From assembly GCF_900289195.1 (NCBI RefSeq), contig NZ_OMOH01000003.1, positions 60,001 through 92,000 on the forward strand: 32,000 nucleotides of DNA, given 5' to 3'. Below, one piece after another: positions 10,110 through 17,226 of the stretch. Made by a program: the position numbers and the translations under genes. This DNA is from Propionibacterium ruminifibrarum (GTDB lineage Bacteria; Actinomycetota; Actinomycetes; Propionibacteriales; Propionibacteriaceae). The notes under the pieces are model-generated. The model saw only the letters and a list, made by a program, of their open reading frames with translations. It was not told where the DNA came from and searched no databases. Numbering within the stretch: position 1 is the first letter of the stretch; each line of letters opens with the position of its first letter.

Positions 10110-11500
10110 GCTTCCACCCTCTTGAGGAAGGTCGTCGGGGCATCGGCCAGATCGGTCTCGGCGAGGTCATTGGGTGCCACGGGGGCTCGCCCGGCGTGGG
10201 AGATCTGCATGAGGGCGGCGATGATCACCCAGTTGGCGACCAGCGAGGAACCGCCCTGCGACAGGAACGGTGTCGTCAGGCCGGTCAGCGGCAGCAGCCT
10301 GGTGACACCGCCGATGATGGCGAAGACCTGCAGCGCGAAGGTGAACGACAGCCCCCCGGCGAGCAGCTTGCCGAAGGCATCGTGTGCGGTGAGTGCCGCG
10401 CGCAGGCCGCGGGCGATGATGAGGCCGTAGACGACGATGACGGCCATCAGCCCGACCAGCCCGAGTTCCTCGGCCAGCGAGCTGGCGATGAAGTCCGACT
10501 GGGCCAGCGGCACCAGCGACGGGCGCCCCTGGCCCCAGCCGCGTCCGAACAGGCCTCCCCACGCCATGCCGTACTGGGCCGAGATGATCTGGCCGTTCTG
10601 CTCGGGGTCGGAGAACGGGTCGAGCCAGGACGAGAAGCGCACCTGCACGTGGTACAGGGTGTTGTAGGCGATGAGGCCCGCGCTGCCGAAGAGCACGACA
10701 CCGATGACCACCCAGCGCACCTGACTGGTGGCCACGTACAGCATCATGACGAACAGGCCGAAGAACAGCAGCGCCGTGCCCAGGTCGTTCTCGAAGACGA
10801 TGACCGCGACGGCGGCCAGCCACATCACCATGATGGGTAGCAGGTCCCTGCCCCGTGGCATGCGGAAACGACCCCAGCTGCGACCCGCCAGCTGCAGCAC
10901 GTCGCGGTGCTCCGCCAGATAGGACGCGAAGGCCAGCGTCAGGATGATCTTGGCGATCTCGGCGGGCTGGAAGCTGAACCCCGCCACCGAGATCCAGATG
11001 CGTGACCCGTTGTCCTCGTTGGCCGCCGATGCCAGCCCGGGCACCAGCGGCAGCAGGAGGAGCAGCAGGCCGGCGAGGAAGAGCACGTACGGGTAACGCT
11101 GCAGGTCGCGGTAGTCGCGCACCCCGAAGAGCACGGCGACGAACAGGGCGATGCCCACCGCCGTCCACATCAGCTGGCCGTTGACGAGCGTCGAGACCGG
11201 TTCGTCCTGGTCGAGGCGGTAGATCATCGCCAGGCCGAGGCCGTTGAGCGCCAGGACGCACGGCAGGATCACCGGGTCCGCCCACGGGGCCTTGAACCGC
11301 ACCGCGAGGTGCGCGACCAGGCACAGGACCAGCCAGCCGCCGGCCACCCAGGGCAGGTTCGCCGGAAGCTCGCCACTCAGGTTGATGGTGGTCAGCGCGA
11401 AACCGCCGATGCCGAAGAGCGCAGCGACGACGATCAGCGCCAGCTCGACGTTGCGGCGCTTGCGGTAGACGACCAGCCGGCCGGAGTCGCTGCTGCTCAT
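10106..11500 (-). CDS. rodA: SEDS-family peptidoglycan glycosyltransferase (FtsW/RodA family)
   Basis: It is a polytopic membrane protein with FtsW/RodA/SpoVE-like conserved stretches (PAEIAKIILTLAFASYL, DLGTALLFFGLF, LPLTGLTTPFLSQGGSS). The start overlaps the pstP stop (ATGA, 11497-11500). Confidence 0.9.
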   Translation of the reverse strand: MSSSDSGRLVVYRKRRNVELALIVVAALFGIGGFALTTINLSGELPANLPWVAGGWLVLCLVAHLAVRFKAPWADPVILPCVLALNGLGLAMIYRLDQDEPVSTLVNGQLMWTAVGIALFVAVLFGVRDYRDLQRYPYVLFLAGLLLLLLPLVPGLASAANEDNGSRIWISVAGFSFQPAEIAKIILTLAFASYLAEHRDVLQLAGRSWGRFRMPRGRDLLPIMVMWLAAVAVIVFENDLGTALLFFGLFVMMLYVATSQVRWVVIGVVLFGSAGLIAYNTLYHVQVRFSSWLDPFSDPEQNGQIISAQYGMAWGGLFGRGWGQGRPSLVPLAQSDFIASSLAEELGLVGLMAVIVVYGLIIARGLRAALTAHDAFGKLLAGGLSFTFALQVFAIIGGVTRLLPLTGLTTPFLSQGGSSLVANWVIIAALMQISHAGRAPVAPNDLAETDLADAPTTFLKRVEA

Positions 11501-12996
11501 CCGCAGTCCTCCGGGTCGACCGACGCGCTGGCCGGGATGGAGACGGGCACCGAGGTGCTGGGGGACGCGCTCGGGGCCTCCGACGGATCGGCCGTGCCGT
11601 CACCCTGCCCGTTGCTCGGGGTGGCGCCGGGCGTGGACTCGGCCCGCTTGGCGATGCAGGCCCGTGCGAGCTCGTCCAGGTAGTCGACCTGCTCGCGGGC
11701 CTGCTCGATGGTGTCGGCCTTGATCTCGGCGTCGTTGACCCGCTGCCGGTAGTAGACGGGCAGATCGGACACCAGGGTGTCGCGCTCCTCGACGAGCTCG
11801 CCGAAGTTGTGGCCGGCGATCGTATCGGGGATTCCCTTGTAGATGGCCACGTGCTCGTCGGAGGGTGCGATGTAGTACTGGTCCGTGGCGTAGCGCCAGG
11901 CGACGAGCAGCCCGCCGACGAGGACGATGAGGGCGACGATCACCGAGATGATGACCGACCAGTGGCGGCGCCGCTTGCCGATCATCGGCGAGTAGCGCAC
12001 GTCCTCGCGGGCATCGGGATCGATGAGTTCGGGCCCGTCCGGGTCGAGGCTGACGGTCCTGGTGCCGGACACCCCCAGGACCGTGGTGGTCTCGCCCGCC
12101 CCGGCCGGCGGCTCGATCTTCGGCACCTCGACGGTGGCGGCGGCGCCGATCATGCTGCCGGGCCTGGCGTCGAGCTCGGCCGACTGTGGGACGACGTCGG
12201 CGACGATGATGGTGATGTTGTCGTAGCCGCCCGCCTCGTGGGCGGCCTGCGTCAACGCCTCGACGGCGTCGGCGGGGGTGCGCTCGCGCAGCAGGCGGCG
12301 GATGTGACGGTCGTCGACGAGGCCGCACAGCCCGTCGGAGCAGAACAGCAGCCTGTCACCGGCCTGCACGTCGACCAGCTGCAGGTCGGGTTCGTGAACG
12401 GGCTGGCCGTTGAGCACCTTGAGGAGCAGGGAACGGTGCGGGTGCGACGCCGCCTCCTCCGAGGTGATCTTGCCGTCGTCGAGGAGCGACTGGACCCACG
12501 AGTGGTCGTGGGTCAGGCGGGAGAGGGTCCCGTCACGCAGCAGGTAGCCGCGTGAGTCGCCGATGTGCGCCAGACCCAGCTGGGTGCCGCTGAACATGGC
12601 TCCGCACACCGTGGTGCCCATGCCGTCGAGTTCGGGGTCGGAGCTGATGAGGTCGGCCAGCTGGTCGTTCGCCTTGGTGAGGATGCCGGCCATCACCTCG
12701 AGCATCTGCTCGCCCTCGTGCGGGGTGTCGGCCCTGGCCAGCTCCTGGATGGTTGCCGCGCTGGCCAGGTCACCGGCCGCGGCGCCGCCCATGCCGTCCG
12801 CCACGACGATCATCGTCGGCGAGGTGTAGGCGGAGTCCTGGTTGTTCTTGCGTACCAGACCGATCTCGGAGTGGGCGCTCACGTCGAGGCTGAAGCGCCG
12901 GCCGGCACCTGCGGCCGGCACGTCGACGGCCGGCACCCTGGTGTTCGTGGGCACCAGGTCCTCGTCGAGTTTCTTGCTGGTCTGGGAATCAGTCAC
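11497..12996 (-). CDS. pstP: PP2C-family Ser/Thr phosphatase PstP with TM helix and extracellular C-terminal domain
   Basis: PP2C motifs are present (RKNNQDS, VADGMGG, GTTV, HIGDSRGY, LFCSDGL, GGYDNITI), followed by a TM helix (WSVIISVIVALIVLVGGLLVAW) and a ~130 aa ectodomain. GTG start at 12996 lies 3 nt after the fhaB stop. Confidence 0.9.
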   Translation of the reverse strand: MTDSQTSKKLDEDLVPTNTRVPAVDVPAAGAGRRFSLDVSAHSEIGLVRKNNQDSAYTSPTMIVVADGMGGAAAGDLASAATIQELARADTPHEGEQMLEVMAGILTKANDQLADLISSDPELDGMGTTVCGAMFSGTQLGLAHIGDSRGYLLRDGTLSRLTHDHSWVQSLLDDGKITSEEAASHPHRSLLLKVLNGQPVHEPDLQLVDVQAGDRLLFCSDGLCGLVDDRHIRRLLRERTPADAVEALTQAAHEAGGYDNITIIVADVVPQSAELDARPGSMIGAAATVEVPKIEPPAGAGETTTVLGVSGTRTVSLDPDGPELIDPDAREDVRYSPMIGKRRRHWSVIISVIVALIVLVGGLLVAWRYATDQYYIAPSDEHVAIYKGIPDTIAGHNFGELVEERDTLVSDLPVYYRQRVNDAEIKADTIEQAREQVDYLDELARACIAKRAESTPGATPSNGQGDGTADPSEAPSASPSTSVPVSIPASASVDPEDCG

Positions 12997-12999
12997 GGG

Positions 13000-13473
13000 T
13001 CAGCGTTCCAGTTTCAGTTGAGAGCGCCCGATGCGGATCACATCATTGGGCCCTACGAGGGTGGGTTCAGCGATCTTCGCGCCGTTGACGTAGGTGCCGT
13101 TGGTGGACTGCAGGTCGGTGACCACCCAGCGGCCCGCGGAGTCCTGCCACAGCTGGGCGTGGTGCCCGCTGGCGTAGTCGTCGTCGATGTCGAGGACGCA
13201 GTCGGCCGAGCGGCCGATCGTGATCTCGCCATCCAGCGGCACCTCGGTGCCGGTGCGGCGGCCCGCTATGACGGCCAGGCGGGTCAGTTCCTTGCGTCGT
13301 CTGCGTTTCTTGGCCGGCTTGGCCCCGGACGGCCCCGGGGCGTCGTTGAGCTCTGAGGTGGTTGCGGTGCGACCGAACAGGTCGGTTCTGATGGTGTTCG
13401 CCACGAACAGGATGAACAACCACATCAGGGCCAGGAAGACCACCTTCAGGGTGGCGACGAGAATGGTGCTCAC
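13000..13473 (-). CDS. fhaB: Membrane-anchored FHA-domain protein FhaB/FipA
   Basis: An N-terminal TM helix and a basic linker (KKRRRRK) precede a C-terminal FHA domain (ITIGRSADCVLDIDDDYASGHHAQL...VTDLQSTNGTYVNG). GTG start at 13473 lies 1 nt after the fhaA stop. Confidence 0.85.
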   Translation of the reverse strand: MSTILVATLKVVFLALMWLFILFVANTIRTDLFGRTATTSELNDAPGPSGAKPAKKRRRRKELTRLAVIAGRRTGTEVPLDGEITIGRSADCVLDIDDDYASGHHAQLWQDSAGRWVVTDLQSTNGTYVNGAKIAEPTLVGPNDVIRIGRSQLKLER

Positions 13474-13474
13474 G

Positions 13475-14191
13475 TCACGATCCTGCGGGAGAGTGGACGA
13501 GCATGCGCGTCGACCCGATCTCGATGCGCGAGCCGTCGTCGAGTCGGCAGCGTTGAACGCGCTGGCCGTTGACGACGATGCCGTTGGTGGAACCCAGGTC
13601 TTCGATGGCGATGTCGAGATCCCCGTACTCGCCCTCGGTCACCAGGACGCGTGCGTGGGTGCGCGAGACGCCCGGGTCGTTGATGCGAAGGTCCGCCTCG
13701 GTGCCGCGGCCGATGGTGAAGCCCGGCGGCATGAGGGGGTGGCGTACCCCGTTGACCTCGAGGACGAGCGGGGCGTGCCGGATCATCGTGGACGATGCCG
13801 CGCCGTTCGTCTCTGCCACGGTGGCCACGGCGGCACTGGTGATCTCGAAATGACCCGTGTTGAGCGACTCGTCGAGCAGGTACTCGATGTTCACCGGGCC
13901 GTCGAAGACGTAGTGCCGTTCCGCGGCGTGCTCGCGCAGGTCGGGAACGATCTCGGCGTTCAGCGTGCGCGAGTAGGGGGCCAGTCGGTCGTAGTCGTGC
14001 TTGGACAGGTGCACCTGGAAGTCGTTGGGCACCAGGCGCTTGTCGCGGGTCAGCAGACGCGCCTCGGCGTCGAGTTCTCGCTGCAGTCGGGAGGCGATCT
14101 CGACGGGCTGCACGTCGCCCTTGAACGCGCGGGCGAAGACGCCGTTGACGGCGCCCTCGAGCTTCTTCTCGACTCTGTCGAACAGACCCAC
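13475..14191 (-). CDS. fhaA: FHA-domain protein FhaA (DUF3662-like N-terminal domain plus C-terminal FHA)
   Basis: The N-terminus GLFDRVEKKLEGAVNGVFARAF is the typical FhaA start. The C-terminal FHA domain reads FTIGRGTEADLRINDPGVSRTHARV...IEDLGSTNGIVVNG. Start is chosen at GTG 14191, preceded by GGAGGA. The ORF-track start at 14338 adds 49 unconvincing residues. Confidence 0.85.
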   Translation of the reverse strand: MGLFDRVEKKLEGAVNGVFARAFKGDVQPVEIASRLQRELDAEARLLTRDKRLVPNDFQVHLSKHDYDRLAPYSRTLNAEIVPDLREHAAERHYVFDGPVNIEYLLDESLNTGHFEITSAAVATVAETNGAASSTMIRHAPLVLEVNGVRHPLMPPGFTIGRGTEADLRINDPGVSRTHARVLVTEGEYGDLDIAIEDLGSTNGIVVNGQRVQRCRLDDGSRIEIGSTRMLVHSPAGS

Positions 14192-14353
14192 GTGTCCTCC
14201 AAACAAGACGCTGATGCGACTCACCCTCGCATGAATCCTAGTGCGGAGCCCTGTGCGTGGCCCACTTTCGCCATCCCGCTGTGCAGCGTTGGTTGAGAGT
14301 TGCCCCCGCGGCGAGGCGGCGTCGGGACGGTGGATCAACCGTAGCCGAGGATG

Positions 14354-14395
14354 AAAAGGGGCCGGGCCCCGAGCGGTCCTGCCCGGGCCCGGCCC
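14354..14395 (-). terminator. Intrinsic terminator after adhesin-like gene A, insulating it from the fhaA operon
   Basis: On the minus strand GGGCCGGGCCC (14385-14395) pairs perfectly with GGGCCCGGCCC (14359-14369), giving an 11-bp stem with a 15-nt loop. It is followed by CTTTTC (A-run 14354-14357 on the plus strand) and lies 60 nt after the stop at 14456. Confidence 0.7.
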
Positions 14396-14455
14396 TGCGC
14401 CGGCACGGCTCCTGCGGGCCGTCGAGTGCGGACCCGGAGGCCTGTTCGTGGGTGC

Positions 14456-15970
14456 CTACGGCGAGGCGGGTGCCTCGGCGCCGGTCACCTTCGCGTGGTA
14501 GCTGTTCGTGGCGCTCACCTCGTGCCCGCTCGTGACGCCGATGGCCCGCACCGTGGCCGTACTGGCGTGGTCCGATGCGGCCGTCACCCCGGTCAGGTCG
14601 GCGGTGCACGTGAATTCGGCGCCGACCGGGAGCGGACCCGACCAGACGGTGCCGGTGGTGCCGTCCGGGAAGGCGCAGTCCAGGTTCGTCACCCGGGCGT
14701 CGCCCTCGTCGACCGAGCCGCTGACCCGGATGTTCTGCAGGGGCTCGCCGCCGCGGTTCCGGACGGTGATGTCCAGCCGCGTGTCACCGTTCGTGCCGGT
14801 CAGGTCGGCCGGCTCGTCCGCGGTGTTCGCGTCGTTGCCGTTGGAGTCCTGCAGGACGACCGAGACGGCGTCGCTGATCAGGGTGCCGCCGCTTCGGGAG
14901 GCCCTGGCCGATGCCTCACGCGACGGCAGTGGGGCGCCGTCCTGGTCGCCGGTGAGGCTGCTGGTGTAGGTGCCGGTGAGGTCGTCGACGGTGATCGGGA
15001 AGCGCACGCGGGACGCGACGGGTGTGAAGGTGCCGTCGGGGCCGGCCGGGGTGGTCACGGTGGCGGTGTAGCTGCGGGAGGTGGCCGAGCAGGAGGTCTC
15101 GGTGAGCTCGATGACGTCGCTGGTGTCGGCGCCCGCGCGGCCGCTCGTCAGGTCCGTCGGGTTCCCGTGCTGGTCGATGGCGGTGTACCAGGACCAGCGC
15201 AGCGGTGTGGCGCAGTCGTGCTCCTGGCCGGAGTCGGCCTCGAGGGTGTCGGTGATGGTGAAGGTCGATGTCGTGGCGGCCGTCGCATCGGGTTCCCCGA
15301 CCGTCGGGTGCTGCGCGACGGCGTGCACCCGCGGCGTCTGCGATCCCAGCTGGTTGTCGGCGTCGGAGTACTGCCACAGGGACAGTGCCGCCGGCAGCTG
15401 GGCGCAGGTGGCGCACTGGGTGACGTTGACGCTGATCGGGGTGGTGGCGCCGTTGACGTCCCAGAGCGTCTCGAGGACTTGGCCGGAGGTCGTGGCGGTG
15501 TCCAGGCTGACCTGCAGGAAGGCCCTCAGGGTCAGTTCGCCGGTCGCCGCCAGGTCCACGCCGGCCTGGTTGAAGGCGATGCGGGCTGTCGCGGTGTCGT
15601 CGGTCTTGGTCACGGACATCGTGGCCACGTGCGTCTGGCCGTCGGCGGAGTGGATCGGGTAGCTCCGGTCGACCGTGGTCCGGAAGTCGGTGGGCACCGT
15701 GACGTCGGTGTAGTCGCCGTCACAGGTCGGGGTGACCTGGCCGATGAGCTGCGCGAGGTAGCTCTGGCCGCCCTGGTAGCTGGTGACGACGTCGCCGGTG
15801 CTGGTCGTCACGTCGAGGCTCAGCGCGCTGGTGTCGAGGGCGGAGGCGGTGCAGGCCGCCTCGTCGGGGGCGTCTGGGGCGGCCTGGGCGGTGCCCGCCG
15901 AGACGGGCAGGGCGATGGCGATCGCCGCGGCGGCGATCCCCACCCTGACCGGGATGCGTGGTGATTTCAC
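14456..15970 (-). CDS. Secreted adhesin-like protein 'A' (Ig-like/Cna-type N-terminal region plus DUF11/DUF7507-type C-terminal domain) with no cell-wall sorting signal
   Basis: It has a signal peptide (VKSPRIPVRVGIAAAAIAIALPVSAGTAQA). It is collinear with protein B at 17227-19014, sharing blocks such as TFTITDTL...C, VNV/NP..C..C, D.ADTADE..DLT, ITVRN.G.E.L..I.V, NLDC.F and FTCTADLTGVT. It ends ...NSYHAKVTGAEAPASP* directly after the last domain. GTG start at 15970 follows GGAGTCCGAC, the same leader as the neighbouring small gene. Confidence 0.75.
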   Translation of the reverse strand: MKSPRIPVRVGIAAAAIAIALPVSAGTAQAAPDAPDEAACTASALDTSALSLDVTTSTGDVVTSYQGGQSYLAQLIGQVTPTCDGDYTDVTVPTDFRTTVDRSYPIHSADGQTHVATMSVTKTDDTATARIAFNQAGVDLAATGELTLRAFLQVSLDTATTSGQVLETLWDVNGATTPISVNVTQCATCAQLPAALSLWQYSDADNQLGSQTPRVHAVAQHPTVGEPDATAATTSTFTITDTLEADSGQEHDCATPLRWSWYTAIDQHGNPTDLTSGRAGADTSDVIELTETSCSATSRSYTATVTTPAGPDGTFTPVASRVRFPITVDDLTGTYTSSLTGDQDGAPLPSREASARASRSGGTLISDAVSVVLQDSNGNDANTADEPADLTGTNGDTRLDITVRNRGGEPLQNIRVSGSVDEGDARVTNLDCAFPDGTTGTVWSGPLPVGAEFTCTADLTGVTAASDHASTATVRAIGVTSGHEVSATNSYHAKVTGAEAPASP

Positions 15971-16128
15971 GTCGGACTCCTGTGCCATGGGCAGATGAGA
16001 GGCGGACGTGCAGGCCTGCCACGCCGGGTTCCGGGATGGTCGAAGGCCGCGGTGTGCCATCGACAGGACGACTGCGCCCGGCCGCAGGGGGGTGTCCGTC
16101 CGCCGGATGGACGTGGTCAACTTAGCGA
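15881..16128 (-). repeat. Copy 1 of a ~250 bp duplicated -10/leader/signal-peptide module (gene A)
   Basis: It is collinear with 16796-17057. Shared blocks, read on the minus strand, are cgcTA(A/T)GTT, gtccatc, caccccc, accatcccgga, gcacgtcc, aggagtccgac+start, then a signal-peptide coding part with identical 89-nt spacing (…AAAA.IAL..SAGTAQA). Confidence 0.6.
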
Positions 16129-16232
16129 ATCCGGCCGGGGGAGATCACCCTCCTCGCGGCCGTCCCCCGGTTTTTCGGTGGACTCCCGTGGCCACCCCCG
16201 ATCCGGTTCCGGGCAGGGGCGGATGCAGAGTC

Positions 16233-16268
16233 GGGGAGGGTCCGGAACAGCTGCTCCGGACCCTCCCC
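16233..16268 (-). terminator. Perfect 14-bp hairpin after the small LPXTG gene
   Basis: GGGGAGGGTCCGGA (16233-16246) and TCCGGACCCTCCCC (16255-16268) flank an 8-nt loop, 27 nt downstream of the stop at 16295. There is no U tract. The arms are shared with the hairpin at 17139-17176. Confidence 0.55.
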
Positions 16269-16294
16269 GACAGGTCGGTTCGATGCGTGAGCGC

Positions 16295-16885
16295 TCAGCG
16301 GCGGCGACGGGCGAGCAGGGCGGCACCGGCGGCCAGTGCCCCGGCGCCGGCCAGGCCGGTGGCTGCGCCGGAGCCGGTGCGAGGCAGGCTGCTCGGCCTG
16401 GTGCTGCGCGGCGTGGCGGAGCTGGTGCTCTGCGTGCTCGGGGAAGCGGCGCTGTCGGAGGCCGAGGGTGTCGTCTCGGGGCTGGTGGTCGACGGTGTGC
16501 TCTCAGGGCTGGAGGGGGTGCTGCTCTGCGGGGTTGAGGGCGTGGGCGTGGTGGAGCTGGTGCTCTCGGAGGGCACCGGGCTCGACGGCGTGTTCTCGGG
16601 GGAGGACGGTGCCGTGGTCTGCGGGCTGGAGGGGGTCGTGCTCTCGGGAGCCGTGGGGGTGTCACTGGCCGGGTTCGAGGGGGTGTTTCGGGGGCAGATG
16701 GGCACCGTTGTCTCGGGGGCTGAGGACTCCTGGCTCGGCGATGCCGACTTCTGGTGGTGCGGGCAGAGGCAGTCGCAAGCGGGCTGGTTGGGGGTGGCCT
16801 GTGCGGTACCCGCCGAGGACAGCAGAGCGATGGATGCAGCTGCGGCCGCGACGGCGATCCTGCTCAGGGTGCGTGCTGGTTTCAT
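16295..16885 (-). CDS. Small LPXTG (LPRTG) cell-wall-anchored protein: signal peptide, CDCLCPHH motif, S/T/P-rich stalk, sorting signal
   Basis: ATG 16885 follows GGAGTCCGAC. The signal peptide is MKPARTLSRIAVAAAAASIALLSSAGTAQA. The mature N-terminus reads TPNQPACDCLCPHHQ...VPICP. About 120 aa of PSSPE/TPS-type low complexity follow. The C-terminus LPRTG + hydrophobic stretch + RRRR is a canonical sortase sorting signal. Confidence 0.75.
   Translation of the reverse strand: MKPARTLSRIAVAAAAASIALLSSAGTAQATPNQPACDCLCPHHQKSASPSQESSAPETTVPICPRNTPSNPASDTPTAPESTTPSSPQTTAPSSPENTPSSPVPSESTSSTTPTPSTPQSSTPSSPESTPSTTSPETTPSASDSAASPSTQSTSSATPRSTRPSSLPRTGSGAATGLAGAGALAAGAALLARRRR
16380..16700 (-). repeat. 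Degenerate tandem low-complexity repeats encoding the S/T/P stalk
   Basis: Recurrent plus-strand motifs gtgctctc(g/a)gg and gggctggaggggg encode variants of PSSPE(N/S)TPS. The repeats are imperfect and I could not define an exact period by eye. Confidence 0.5.
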
Positions 16886-17057
16886 GTCGGACTCCTTGCC
16901 AGTGCACGTGGGGCAATGGACGTGCGCCCCGCATGCCGGCGGCTCCGGGATGGTCCGGCGAGGCCTCCGATGCGCATCGGGGTTCGCTCCGGGTCATGGG
17001 TCGGGGTGGTTCCGGGGGTGGCGCGCCCATCGTGATGGACAGAGGTAAACATAGCGG
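16796..17057 (-). repeat. Copy 2 of the duplicated -10/leader/signal-peptide module (small LPXTG gene)
   Basis: See the entry for 15881-16128. The two copies are in direct orientation about 915 bp apart, and the leader differs in length by ~14 nt. Confidence 0.6.
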
Positions 17058-17076
17058 AAAACTATGAAGATGTGAA
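17048..17076 (-). promoter_or_regulatory. Putative sigma-70-type promoter of the small LPXTG gene
   Basis: On the minus strand TTCACA (17071-17076), a 17-nt spacer and TATGTT (17048-17053) sit in the only AT-rich patch of the region. This implies a ~155-nt 5' leader. The -35 lies inside the palindrome TGTGAA-N3-TTCACA. Confidence 0.4.
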
Positions 17077-17138
17077 GAATTCACAGCTCTGTGATGAGTT
17101 TCTCCTGGGTTCGACACATGAGGCCCTGGATCAAGAAT

Positions 17139-17176
17139 GGGGAGGGTCCCGGAGCTCTCGCTCCGGGACCCTCCCC
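17139..17176 (-). terminator. Perfect 16-bp hairpin terminator after adhesin gene B
   Basis: GGGGAGGGTCCCGGAG (17139-17154) and CTCCGGGACCCTCCCC (17161-17176) flank a 6-nt loop. On the minus strand it is followed by AUUCUUGAU. It lies 50 nt downstream of the stop at 17227. Confidence 0.65.
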
Positions 17177-17226
17177 ATGTGGTGCGGCTGGTCCCTGCCC
17201 CGACTCAGCCGCCCGTCAGGATGGCC

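Noticed and set aside
14192-14353. A tRNA-Leu upstream of fhaA. This is a conserved neighbour in some Actinobacteria, and GCCCCCGCGG/CCGCGGGGGCA looked like an acceptor end.
   Set aside because: There is no matching second acceptor arm. No D-loop GG or T-loop GGTTCGA-type sequence is found in either orientation. The region is better explained as the fhaA promoter and leader.
17071-17085. Calling the TGTGA...TCACA palindrome a canonical CRP/GlxR binding site.
   Set aside because: The spacer between TGTGA and TCACA is 5 nt, not the canonical 6. It is kept only as an unassigned operator candidate.
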